A DNA stretch of 64,000 nt from Chromatiaceae bacterium (GCA_007693535.1 REDK01000159.1:12047-76046), one strand, 5' to 3'; positions 19,284 to 28,604 are shown, counted from the first letter of the stretch. Notes: generated by a model from the sequence alone, not told the origin. A program made the numbers and translations.

Positions 19284-21145
19284 CGCCCGGGCGCACCGAC
19301 GGGCGCCGTCGCGGCGGTGCGGCGCAGCCAGAGTTCCAGGATCAGCAGCGGCCAGAGCTGGTAGATCGAGAACCAGCCGGGCTGCGCCTGCCGGTCCACC
19401 AGGGCACGCAGGGCCTCGGCGGCCACCAGCGTGCCGAGGCGGGTGTCCGGGGCGCACAATAACTGCCGCGCCAGGTCCAGCATCGCCTCCCGCGACCAGG
19501 TGTTGGAGGGCAGGCCGAAGCCCATCTTGGGCCGGTGCATCCAGGGCCGGGGCAGATAGCGCGTGGCCAGCTCCTTGAGCAGCCGCTTAGTGGTGGCGGG
19601 CGCCTGCCACAGGGCCGCGGCCGGCAGCCCCTGGGCGTAGGCCGCCACGTCGCGGTCGAGCAACGGGCAGCGCACCTCCAGGGCCACCTGCATACTCATG
19701 CGGTCCACCTTGGCCAGCACCGCCCCCGGCAGGTAGGTCTCGGCATCGAGGTTGCGCATGCGATGCAGCAGGGACAGGCGCCGATCGTCGAGGTCCGCGC
19801 GCCAGCCGGCGAGAATGCCCGCCACCGTCGGCGACAGCCCTTCGGTGAGGCTGGCCACCTGCTCCGGTAGATGGATCAGCCAGCGCGGCGAGAGGTAGGC
19901 ATCGGCGGGCGACCAGCGCCGCCGCGTGCGCAGCATCCGCCGTGCCTGCTGCAACCAGTTGCCGCCCTCCATGATGCTGTCACGATAGCGCCCATAGCCG
20001 CCGAACAGTTCATCGCCGCCATCGCCGGAGAGGGCGACGGTGACGTGCTGGCGGGTATAGCGGCACAGCAGCCAGGTCGGCAGGCAACTGGAATCGCCAT
20101 TGGGCTCGTCGAGCCGCGCGGCGATCTCCTGGACCAGATGCAGCGCATCCGGCTGCAGCAGTTCCTCGTGATGCTCGGTCCCGAGATGGGCGGCCACCTC
20201 GCGGGCATAGAGATGCTCGGTCTCGTCGGTGCCGGCGAAGCCGATCGAAAAGGTCGTCAACGGTTGGCCGAGTTCCTGGGTGACCATCGCCGCGACCAGG
20301 GCTGAATCCACCCCGCCGGAGAGGAAGGCCCCCAGCGGCACGTCGCTCAGCAGGCGCTTCTGCACCGCCGCGCGCACCAGTGGGCGCAACGCCTCTAGCC
20401 GCTCGCCCGGAGACGGACCGCCCAGGCGGTGTGGCTCGCGTGCCTGAAACTGCCAGTAGCGTTGGGTGGCCGCGATCCGCGGTCCGCCCCCGTCCAGGTC
20501 GACCCGCAACCAGGACCCGGCCGGCAGCTTGCGGGCGGCCCGATAGATACTGAACGGCGCCGGCACGTATTGCAGCAGCAGGTACAGGGACAGGGCATCC
20601 GGGTCCACCTGCTGCGTGAACCCCGGCACCTGCACCAGGGCCTGCAGCTCCGAGGCGAACGCGAACCAACCCGGACCCTCGGCATAGTAGAGCGGCTTCT
20701 TGCCGAAGGGATCGCGGGCGAGCAGCAGGCGGCGTTGCTGGCGCTGCCAGACGCCGAAGGCGAACATCCCGTCGAGGTCGTGCAGGCGGGCCGGATCGAG
20801 GTCCTCGAACAGGTGTGGCAGGACCTCCGAATCGGTGTGGGTATGAAACCGATGCCCGTCCGCCTCCAGGGCCTGGCGCAGGGCCATGAAGTTATAGATC
20901 TCGCCGTTGAAGGTCACCTGCACCGAGCCGTCGGCGTTGCCGAGCGGCTGGCGCCCATCCTGGGAAAGGTCGATGATCGCCAGCCGCCGATGCGCCAGAG
21001 CGCAGCCACCGGCCGGGTCCACCCAAACCCCGGCATCATCGGGACCGCGATGGACCATGCTGTCGCGCATCGCGGTGACAATGGCAGCCAGCGCGGCGGC
21101 GTCGAACCGCCCGGGGGCGCAGAGGATGCCGGCGATCCCGCACAT
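19280..21145 (-). CDS. Asparagine synthase-type glutamine amidotransferase (AsnB family), copy 2
   Basis: Starts MCGIAGIL at ATG 21145 (TGATG junction). PP-loop is SGGVDSA. Confidence 0.9.
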   Translation of the reverse strand: MCGIAGILCAPGRFDAAALAAIVTAMRDSMVHRGPDDAGVWVDPAGGCALAHRRLAIIDLSQDGRQPLGNADGSVQVTFNGEIYNFMALRQALEADGHRFHTHTDSEVLPHLFEDLDPARLHDLDGMFAFGVWQRQQRRLLLARDPFGKKPLYYAEGPGWFAFASELQALVQVPGFTQQVDPDALSLYLLLQYVPAPFSIYRAARKLPAGSWLRVDLDGGGPRIAATQRYWQFQAREPHRLGGPSPGERLEALRPLVRAAVQKRLLSDVPLGAFLSGGVDSALVAAMVTQELGQPLTTFSIGFAGTDETEHLYAREVAAHLGTEHHEELLQPDALHLVQEIAARLDEPNGDSSCLPTWLLCRYTRQHVTVALSGDGGDELFGGYGRYRDSIMEGGNWLQQARRMLRTRRRWSPADAYLSPRWLIHLPEQVASLTEGLSPTVAGILAGWRADLDDRRLSLLHRMRNLDAETYLPGAVLAKVDRMSMQVALEVRCPLLDRDVAAYAQGLPAAALWQAPATTKRLLKELATRYLPRPWMHRPKMGFGLPSNTWSREAMLDLARQLLCAPDTRLGTLVAAEALRALVDRQAQPGWFSIYQLWPLLILELWLRRTAATAPVGAPGR

Positions 21146-21912
21146 CAGGTGACACCCCGGTAGCGACCGATCCAGGTACCCCAGCCCCAGACCCCCAGTG
21201 ATTCGACCTCGCCGCGAGCGATGGCGGCATCGACCCATGCTTTGATGTAGACGGTCTTCTCCGGCGCCCCGCTCGATTGATAATCGTCGAGCACCAGGAT
21301 CGCGCCGGCGGCGAGGAGCCCGCGATAGAGGCCGATATCGCGCTCGACACTGCCATCCGCGTCGATCAGCAACAGGCCGATCCGCTCTTTGCCAAGGATC
21401 TCCTGCACCTGTTGGCGGATCGCCGGATCGGCCGATTTCCCGGGCAACACCAGGGCATGCTGGCGCAGATCGAAGCGGTCGAGATTGCAGGCGAGATCGT
21501 CGAGGATGTCATTGCTCGGCAAGGTGTCGTGCTGTTGGCGCCCACCTGGCTCCACCGCAATGATCGGTGATCGCCGGCGCCTTGCCGCGGCCCCCGCCAT
21601 CACCACCGTCGCGCCCCCGATATAGGTACCGAGTTCCAACACCCGCCCCCGCCCCACGGCAACCAGGTGATATAGCAGCGTGAGGACCTCCTCGTGCAAC
21701 ATCGAAAACTCGTTCGCCCGATGAATCAGTTCGAACCCCGGGTGCCGCGGTAACCCGACGGCATAATGTCGCAACCCCGCCTCGGTGACCGACAGCCAAT
21801 GCCTACCGAGGACGCTATCGGTCAGCAGGTAATACAGGGACCAGTACAACTGCTGTCGCCGGTCGGAGAGATGCCAGGAGGCGCTAGCAATCAGTTCTTT
21901 AAAGGTGCGCAT
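21145..21912 (-). CDS. Class I SAM-dependent methyltransferase-like protein
   Basis: 255 aa. Motif I-like VLELGTYIGGATVVMAG, followed by IIAVEP and LLLIDADG. First gene of the six-gene overlapping minus-strand operon. Confidence 0.6.
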   Translation of the reverse strand: MRTFKELIASASWHLSDRRQQLYWSLYYLLTDSVLGRHWLSVTEAGLRHYAVGLPRHPGFELIHRANEFSMLHEEVLTLLYHLVAVGRGRVLELGTYIGGATVVMAGAAARRRRSPIIAVEPGGRQQHDTLPSNDILDDLACNLDRFDLRQHALVLPGKSADPAIRQQVQEILGKERIGLLLIDADGSVERDIGLYRGLLAAGAILVLDDYQSSGAPEKTVYIKAWVDAAIARGEVESLGVWGWGTWIGRYRGVT

Positions 21913-22128
21913 CGCATTGGACGAACGTGGAGGGCTGAGACAACGAGAGCAGCGGTTTCATCGCCGCAACCGGACAGCCCCTGCGCTGGGCCTACCATAG
22001 GCCCAACCCGGACTCAACCCGGACCCACCCTAGGGACCCACCAGCAGCGACGCTCCGCGATGGCCGGGGCCGGACGCTCGGCCAACCGGTGACGGGCTGA
22101 AGCATGGCAGATGCCCGCGACGCAGACA

Positions 22129-22140
22129 ACCGGTAGCGCG
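22129..22140 (+). promoter_or_regulatory. ops-like element, copy 1 (9/12 to GGCGGTAGCGTG)
   Basis: acCGGTAGCGcG lies in the leader upstream of the 22486 operon. The same 10-mer CGGTAGCGCG recurs at 22333. Confidence 0.25.
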
Positions 22141-22226
22141 GCAATCCATCAGCGTTCCGGTCGCGACGCCCTGTCTAGGAAGAGGTCTAGCAAGCGGCGC
22201 GGCCGGTGACGGTTCCCCGTCCACTG

Positions 22227-22235
22227 TGGGATAAT
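22227..22235 (+). promoter_or_regulatory. Possible extended -10 promoter element
   Basis: TGgGATAAT at 22227-35, with GTGACG 18 nt upstream as a weak -35. It is about 250 nt upstream of ATG 22486. Confidence 0.25.
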
Positions 22236-22330
22236 CAGAAGCGTTTCTGCGCCGCGGCCAAGCGCACATCCATTGCCCGTTGCTGCAAGGGTTGCGAGCT
22301 TCACCAGGCGGGCAAACGCCATTTGGGCGG

Positions 22331-22342
22331 AGCGGTAGCGCG
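22331..22342 (+). promoter_or_regulatory. ops-like element, copy 2 (10/12 to GGCGGTAGCGTG)
   Basis: aGCGGTAGCGcG lies about 145 nt upstream of ATG 22486 on the coding strand. This is the position expected of a JUMPstart/ops leader element. Confidence 0.35.
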
Positions 22343-22485
22343 AAGTAGGATCAGATGAGGGGCGCAGCAGCTATAAGGGATGCGACTACAACCGCGCGGC
22401 CACGCTATTTGCAGTGACTTGACCAGCGCGGCCTGGTTGCAAGCTAACTGGCTCGACGCAAGATCGACTTGAGGAGACCGCCGCC

Positions 22486-24516
22486 ATGGCATCCAGTGCA
22501 TCGCGCCATCGCTTGCGTCATCAATACTTAGTCCATGCGACTTTGGTTGTCGGCATGGCCCTGATGCTGACCGCCGTGGGACTGCGCGGACTCAGCCAAG
22601 AGGTTCAACTCGAGTTCGACGCCGCCGAGATACAGCACCTGGAAGGCCAGGCCTATCAGATCAAGCTGCGCCGACGCCTGGACTGGCCTTGGGAACTGCT
22701 CAGCGATTACATGCGCTCGCGCCAGCGCTCGCCGCTGCGGCTGCATGAGGACGGCAACCTACTCGGTCCACCGCATGCCTTTTATGAGGAGATCGCCAGC
22801 GCCGGGGGCGGCGGTTATATGCACTGGCGAGACGTTCTGATCTTCAGCACCTCGGACCAGAGCGACCCCCGCACCAATCAGCGCCACTATACCGCCACCG
22901 CGCGCGCCGTGCTTGCTATCGGCGATCTCCAGCGTATCGCGATGATCGGGTTCTGGCTGCTGGTGGGAGCCGGCAGTGTCTGGCTCTGGCGCCAACGGGA
23001 CCAGGTAGCGCGGGTGATAAAGCGCAACTGGGCACATCTTAGACGGCGCCGTTGGGACTATGCCCTGGCTGCCACGGTCCCGGCCATGACGGCGATCATG
23101 GTCGCCACATCCATGCCTTATATCTGGAACGACTCTGACAGCACCATCTGGCTGGTCTGGGAGTGGCAATGGGCCTTCGTGCCCCAGCATCCTCCCGTCT
23201 ACCCGGCGCTGATGGTGCTCGCAAAGGCACTGGCCGGCGATGCGCCGCGCGTGCTCCTGCTCGCAACCACGCTACAACTGACAGTCTCTGTCGTTGCCCT
23301 GACGTATCTTTCGACTGCGTTCCCTCGACGGTGGCAGATCCTGCTTCTCTCCACCCTGGGCACAGTCGGCAGCGCGGCCCATCTCTATTCTTACGGACTG
23401 CTGACCGAGGGCCTGGCAAACCCCCTGTTCGTCCTCTTTCTCGGTGCCGTGCTGCGCCTGCGTCGGAATAGATTGAGCCCGTCACTGGCCGCCGTACTGC
23501 TGCTCTCATTACTCGCCGCGGCGCTGACTCGTCACGCCTTTCTGTTCTTTGCCGTGCTCCCGGTAGTCTTACTCGCCTTGCGAGCACTGGCCCGGCCTGA
23601 AAACCAGTGGCGACGCCGGCTGTTGCCGGTCCTGGCTGGCATCGGCCTGATGTCATTGCTCGTGATCGGGGATGCACTGGTTACCCAATGGACCTGTCTG
23701 GCGCTGGATGTTCAATGTCGTGCCCTGACCGGCCGCACCGGCGTCTATCGCATGCAAGAGGCCTATGCGATGGTCCCCGCCGAGGAACGCGCCGACTGGC
23801 TGGCGCGCCTGATGGAGCGAGCCCCTGATCCAGCCATCGGCGAGGCCATCGAACTGATGGTCAAGACGCCAGGCCCCTGGGTCGGTCCGAATGCCGCCAT
23901 CGCTGCCCGCGCACCCCTGGGTGGCGGTCAGACCGACCACCTGATGAATGCCGGCTTTCGCGCATTCTGGACCTGGCCTGATCGCTACGTGCTGGCGCAA
24001 TGGCGCTCGCAATTGTCCCAGGCCGTCTTCGGCCCGCGGCGTCCGGACGAACGGATCGGGCAGGTTGCCTATCTGTTACTGCACTCGGCACACTCCATCA
24101 CCGATGTCTATCCGAAGGACCCCCGCCATGGACCCGCGCTCGCCGGCACCGCCGCCAGCGATCAGGAGACTGCCGCGGTCTACCAGACGCTCGCGCAACA
24201 CGCCCCCTGGCGATGGCTCGATGCGCTTTTGCCACTGACGTCAAGGGCGCGCGGACTCCTGCTTCTGGCCGCGGCGGCACTCTCGATGGCCGCGATGACT
24301 TGGAGCCGTCGGGATGGCCTGCCCGAACTGCTGGCGACGCTTTGGATCGGCGCTGCCGGCTATGCCGCTGCCCTGACCCTTGCCACCGTTGTAATACCCC
24401 GGTACCTGTCCCCGCTCGATATCTTGTTGTGGCTGACCATCGGAATCGCATCGATCGCCATCGGCGACCGATTGCTGTACCGTGGCAGCAGTGGCACGAA
24501 CGCGGTGGCCGGCTAG
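22486..24516 (+). CDS. Polytopic membrane protein, GT-C-like, with an N-terminal extracytoplasmic domain shared with 40298..42196
   Basis: ATG preceded by GAGGAG (22471-76). After one TM comes a roughly 90-aa domain (…LRLHEDGNLLGPPHAFYEEIASAGGGGYMHWRDVLIFSTSDQSDPRTNQRHY). This is followed by many TM helices, with WNDSDSTIW and HPPVYPAL loop motifs reminiscent of GT-C enzymes. Confidence 0.6.
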   Translation: MASSASRHRLRHQYLVHATLVVGMALMLTAVGLRGLSQEVQLEFDAAEIQHLEGQAYQIKLRRRLDWPWELLSDYMRSRQRSPLRLHEDGNLLGPPHAFYEEIASAGGGGYMHWRDVLIFSTSDQSDPRTNQRHYTATARAVLAIGDLQRIAMIGFWLLVGAGSVWLWRQRDQVARVIKRNWAHLRRRRWDYALAATVPAMTAIMVATSMPYIWNDSDSTIWLVWEWQWAFVPQHPPVYPALMVLAKALAGDAPRVLLLATTLQLTVSVVALTYLSTAFPRRWQILLLSTLGTVGSAAHLYSYGLLTEGLANPLFVLFLGAVLRLRRNRLSPSLAAVLLLSLLAAALTRHAFLFFAVLPVVLLALRALARPENQWRRRLLPVLAGIGLMSLLVIGDALVTQWTCLALDVQCRALTGRTGVYRMQEAYAMVPAEERADWLARLMERAPDPAIGEAIELMVKTPGPWVGPNAAIAARAPLGGGQTDHLMNAGFRAFWTWPDRYVLAQWRSQLSQAVFGPRRPDERIGQVAYLLLHSAHSITDVYPKDPRHGPALAGTAASDQETAAVYQTLAQHAPWRWLDALLPLTSRARGLLLLAAAALSMAAMTWSRRDGLPELLATLWIGAAGYAAALTLATVVIPRYLSPLDILLWLTIGIASIAIGDRLLYRGSSGTNAVAG

Positions 24517-24802
24517 ATCGGCGGCCCTGGTTGGATACGGCGCGATTCCGGCACGACACCGCTGCGCGCTGGTGCGCAGGGCCGAACGCCCCGCGTCGCC
24601 GATGTCTCGAAGTGAAAGCCGGCAAGACCGACAGGTCATATCACAACAGACTACCTATATATTTTGATCCGTCGGTACCAATCGAGTATGCTCCCGACGC
24701 GATTGATGTGGCGGCGCCTATTCAGTGGCGGCCAGCCTCAGGCCCATTAGCACGCCCAGTAGCAGACCGGGTATCAAGCAAGGCCACGAGTGATCACTAA
24801 AC

Positions 24803-25693
24803 ATGTATTCTGTCGTCATTCCTGCGTACAATGAGGCTGCAGCAATCGGAGAATCTGTCGCAGCCATTCGCGTCGCCCTTGCAGCAACCGATGATGTGGA
24901 GATACTCGTCATCGACGACGGCTCGACCGATTCTACCGCAGCGGCGGCCCGCGCCGCCGGCGCGGTGGTCTTGATGCACCCCCACAATGTCGGCTACGGG
25001 CGTGCGCTGAAGTCCGGCATTCTTGCAGCCAAATACGACACCATCGTAATTATCGATGCCGATCTCACCTATCCGGCATCCGCCATACCGCTGCTGATCG
25101 ATCGCTACGCACTAGGATTCGACATGGTCGTCGGTGCTCGCACTGGTCATCATTATCAGGGAAGCATCTTCAAGGGGCCGCTGCGGCGCCTGCTGCAATT
25201 CCTGGTCGAGTTCTCTGCCGGCCGCGCCGTGCCCGACGCCAACTCGGGGCTGCGAGTATTCAGTCGCAATACCATTGTCCCCTATCTGCCACACCTCTGC
25301 GACACCTTTAGCTTTACCACATCCCTGACCCTGGGCTATATGATGACCGGACGCTTCGTCCATTACCTACCGATCTCCTATCATCAACGTGTCGGGCAGA
25401 CAAAGGTTCGCCTGATCCTTGATGCCCTGCGCACCCTGCAATATATCGTTCAGGCCATTATCTATTACAATCCGCTGAAGATATTCCTGCTGCTAACGCT
25501 GATCACGACGGTCTTGTCGGTGCTGGGATTTCTGCTTGCTGCAGTGACCGGCCTACATGCTCCATATTATCTCGGCATCGGTGGCTTGTTGGTCACCATT
25601 GTGATCTTCGCGCTCGGCCTGCTGGCCGATCTGCTCCGTCAGATTCTCGTTCGCACCGGCAGCGACCGCGGTCCCGGTCGCCCTGTCGATTAG
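24803..25693 (+). CDS. GT2 polyprenyl-phosphate glycosyltransferase (GtrB/ArnC/DPM1-like)
   Basis: Motifs: MYSVVIPAYNEAAAIGESV, ILVIDDGSTDST, NVGYGRALKSG, VIIDADLTYP. Two C-terminal TM helices are present. Confidence 0.85.
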   Translation: MYSVVIPAYNEAAAIGESVAAIRVALAATDDVEILVIDDGSTDSTAAAARAAGAVVLMHPHNVGYGRALKSGILAAKYDTIVIIDADLTYPASAIPLLIDRYALGFDMVVGARTGHHYQGSIFKGPLRRLLQFLVEFSAGRAVPDANSGLRVFSRNTIVPYLPHLCDTFSFTTSLTLGYMMTGRFVHYLPISYHQRVGQTKVRLILDALRTLQYIVQAIIYYNPLKIFLLLTLITTVLSVLGFLLAAVTGLHAPYYLGIGGLLVTIVIFALGLLADLLRQILVRTGSDRGPGRPVD

Positions 25694-25756
25694 GATCAGA
25701 ACTGCCGATCGACAGCCCGACGGCAGACCGCCGCGCTTCCGATAGCGTACAAGCGC

Positions 25757-26815
25757 ATGCGCCCGAATACACCCGAGTACCGGACCAAACCCGGTCAAGC
25801 AGCGCCGGGCACCGATCGGGCGAGCGCAGGGCCGCACCAGCCCGTCGCCGAGCCGGATCAACTGTCCAGCGCCGCCCCGGCCAGCGCCCGGCCATGGCGC
25901 CGGGTGATCCTGATACGCATCGGGCTGATCGTCGTCGGCTTGGCCCTGCTGCTGGGGTGGGTGCTGGAGCAATGGCCGCAAGAGGCCCTGCGTATCCCAT
26001 ACGGGTATCTGCTAGCCGCATTGCTGCTCAATCAGGCCGCGTTGTTGGCCGCGGCACTGCGCCTCCAGGCCACCCTGGGCATTTTCGGCATCGCGATCGG
26101 GAGCGGCCAGGCGCTGCGTATCCATTTGCAGTCGCTATTCTATTTCTTTTTCGTACCGATGTCGGTCGGCCTGGAACTGGGGCGCTTCATCGAGCTGCGC
26201 CGGCTCGCCCCGGGAGCCCCCGCGAGCCGGATCCTGCTGGCATTGTTGGCGGACCGTCTGCTGGGATTGATCGGCGTGATCCTAGTGACCGTGATGACCT
26301 TACCCATGGTGCTACCCGGACGGATCCCCGCCGAACTCCCACCCGGTTGGCTGGCCTGGACCGCCGGCATCGGCGCCGGCGTGACAATCGCAGGCACCGT
26401 CCTGTTCCTCGTTCAGGCGCGGCTCCGACGGGTCATCCTGGCGCTGCTGATCTTGGACCGGGCCTCCGTCCGCCGACTCCTGGGGCTCTCCGCTGCCTCG
26501 ATGCTATTGGTCGTTGCCGCTGTCCTTGCCATTGCGCAGGGGGCAGCCGTGGCGATCGGATTCGGTGAACTCGGTTTTGCCTTGGGCATCGCACTCCTCG
26601 GCATGGTCCTGCCCGTGTCGGTGCTTGGCGCCACCTTGGGCGAAGGGGCTGGTATTGGTGCCTTCGTCTTCCTTGGACTCCCGCCCGCCGCAGCGTTGTT
26701 GCTGGTATCCGCGGCCTATTGCGGTCGCCTGGTTGGCGCCCTCCAGGGTGCAGTCATCGAACTCATCCGGGCATTGATCAGCCGGGGCCCGCGCGCTCTG
26801 GCACCCACTTCTTGA
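25757..26815 (+). CDS. Polytopic membrane protein, UPF0104/flippase-like (weaker match)
   Basis: 352 aa with at least 7 hydrophobic helices. Its position and topology resemble 9125..10138, but the hallmark motif is degenerate (VPMSVGLELGRFIELRRL). Confidence 0.5.
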   Translation: MRPNTPEYRTKPGQAAPGTDRASAGPHQPVAEPDQLSSAAPASARPWRRVILIRIGLIVVGLALLLGWVLEQWPQEALRIPYGYLLAALLLNQAALLAAALRLQATLGIFGIAIGSGQALRIHLQSLFYFFFVPMSVGLELGRFIELRRLAPGAPASRILLALLADRLLGLIGVILVTVMTLPMVLPGRIPAELPPGWLAWTAGIGAGVTIAGTVLFLVQARLRRVILALLILDRASVRRLLGLSAASMLLVVAAVLAIAQGAAVAIGFGELGFALGIALLGMVLPVSVLGATLGEGAGIGAFVFLGLPPAAALLLVSAAYCGRLVGALQGAVIELIRALISRGPRALAPTS

Positions 26816-26833
26816 ACATCAGGGTCTAATCGC

Positions 26834-27652
26834 ATGGTGAAGCAAGCAAAGGCGGAACGCACGATCGCTGATTTTGGTGCCCAGTGGGAACGCTTTCCCG
26901 ACAACTCAGGGTTTTATGGGTCAGGCGAACTCTTTGCAGACATCGTCGAACCCTTGTTACCCGCCGCCGAGGTCCAAGGCTTGCAGGTGGCCGAGATTGG
27001 TAGTGGCACGGGGCGCATCGTCGAGATGCTGCTGGGTGCCGGCGCCCGGCACATCACGGCAATCGAGCCATCGAGCGCGATTGCGGCTCTGCGACAGCGT
27101 TTCGCCGACCGCACCGATCGCGTCGCCTGTCATCAGATTGCAGGCGACCGCATCGACCAATTGCGGCCATTCGATCTAATCCTCTCGATCGGCGTGCTTC
27201 ATCATATCCCGGAACCGGAGCCGGTGGTGCGAGCGGCGTTCACGGCACTGCGCCCTGGTGGCCGCCTGCTGATCTGGCTCTACGGCCGCGAGGGCAACGG
27301 ACTCTATCTGGCCGTATTCGGACCGCTACGTCGGCTGACGACCAGGCTGCCGGATGGAGTCCTAGACTTGCTCGTCCGTATCCTCGACCTGCCCTTGGTG
27401 CTCTACATCGCCTTGTGTCGTCATTTGCTGCTGCCATTGCCGCTGCGCGACTACATCCTCAATGTGATTGGTCGCATGGCACCGGACAAGCGCCGCTTGA
27501 TCATTTTTGATCAACTCAACCCTGCGCACGCAAAGTACTATACCCAGGCCGAGGCGCGGCAACTGGTCACCGATGCCGGCTTCATCGATGTCCAGCTACA
27601 CCATCGCCACCGTTACAGTTGGACTGTCATCGGTACCAAGCCGAACGGATGA
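26834..27652 (+). CDS. Class I SAM-dependent methyltransferase
   Basis: Motif I is VAEIGSGTGRIVEMLLGAG. Post-I is ITAIEPS. Motif II-like sequence FDLILSIGVLHHIPEP. Confidence 0.8.
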   Translation: MVKQAKAERTIADFGAQWERFPDNSGFYGSGELFADIVEPLLPAAEVQGLQVAEIGSGTGRIVEMLLGAGARHITAIEPSSAIAALRQRFADRTDRVACHQIAGDRIDQLRPFDLILSIGVLHHIPEPEPVVRAAFTALRPGGRLLIWLYGREGNGLYLAVFGPLRRLTTRLPDGVLDLLVRILDLPLVLYIALCRHLLLPLPLRDYILNVIGRMAPDKRRLIIFDQLNPAHAKYYTQAEARQLVTDAGFIDVQLHHRHRYSWTVIGTKPNG

Positions 27653-27800
27653 GGCCGCAACCTGCCTGCGGGCGCTTGCAGCCGGGATCACAAAGATGCG
27701 CCCGCGAGCCAATGAGGCTTGAGCTGCCCAAGGACCATGTCGCCGCAATGTCGCCAGGATTTCAAATCCAACGGCCAAGGCGGTGCAGCAAGGGGTCGTT

Positions 27801-28604
27801 ATGAACCAGTTGAGCGACACTGACCCGCACGGGGCGGCTCTTGAGCAACTGCCGGCGCACCTGGCACCCTTCAACTGCGTCTGGCATCACCGGTTAATGT
27901 TGGCAGCGGTCGGATTGTATCTGCGCCCACGGGCACGGGTGCTAGACTTCGGCTGCGGCAGCGGCGCCGATGTCTATGCCTATCGCGACAGCGGTTACGA
28001 TGCCTATGGTTTCGACATGGCGGCTGGGCCTGACCTGCGCTGCACCGAGGATCGTCACCTGTTCCGCAGCCTCGCAAGCAGCCAGCCCGGAGACCCGGAT
28101 TACCGCGTGCCCAGAGACTATCGGATGGACTTTCCAGACGGATTCTTCGACTTGGTGGTTTCCAATTCGGTCTTCGAGCATGTCCAGGACCCTGGCCTAG
28201 CCCTACGCGAGATTGCCCGCGTGATGCGACCGGGAGCGGTCTCGATCCATCTCTTTCCGGCGCGGTATCGCCTGATCGAGCCCCACATCCTGGTCCCGCT
28301 GGGCGGCATCTTGAGCAGCCCAGCCTGGTATCGGTTATGGGCCTGGCTCGGCGTGCGCAACCGCTTCCAGCAAGGCCTGTCCGCGACCGAGGTAGTGGCC
28401 GCCAACCTGCGCTATCGCCGAATCGGCATCCATTACCCGCCGGTGCGCCACTTCCTTGAACTTGCCCGGCCTCATTTCGCCGAGGTCCGGCTGGCGCCGG
28501 AGCTTTGGACCCTCGGCAGCCTTCGCCATCCACTAGTCCGGCTCCCAATGGGACGTTGGCTCTATAGCCGCATTGCCACCGTGGTGCTCTGGTTGCGCAA
28601 GTGA
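27801..28604 (+). CDS. Class I SAM-dependent methyltransferase (Methyltransf_11-like)
   Basis: ATG 27801 is preceded by AAGGGG. Motifs: VLDFGCGSGADVYAY and FFDLVVSNSVFEHVQDP. Confidence 0.8.
   Translation: MNQLSDTDPHGAALEQLPAHLAPFNCVWHHRLMLAAVGLYLRPRARVLDFGCGSGADVYAYRDSGYDAYGFDMAAGPDLRCTEDRHLFRSLASSQPGDPDYRVPRDYRMDFPDGFFDLVVSNSVFEHVQDPGLALREIARVMRPGAVSIHLFPARYRLIEPHILVPLGGILSSPAWYRLWAWLGVRNRFQQGLSATEVVAANLRYRRIGIHYPPVRHFLELARPHFAEVRLAPELWTLGSLRHPLVRLPMGRWLYSRIATVVLWLRK

Noticed and set aside
16864-19296. 810-aa track ORF
   Set aside because: Only the last 390 codons look like a GT4. ATG 18036 forms an ATGA junction with the upstream gene. The upstream part overlaps the real GT4 at 18033..19283 out of frame.
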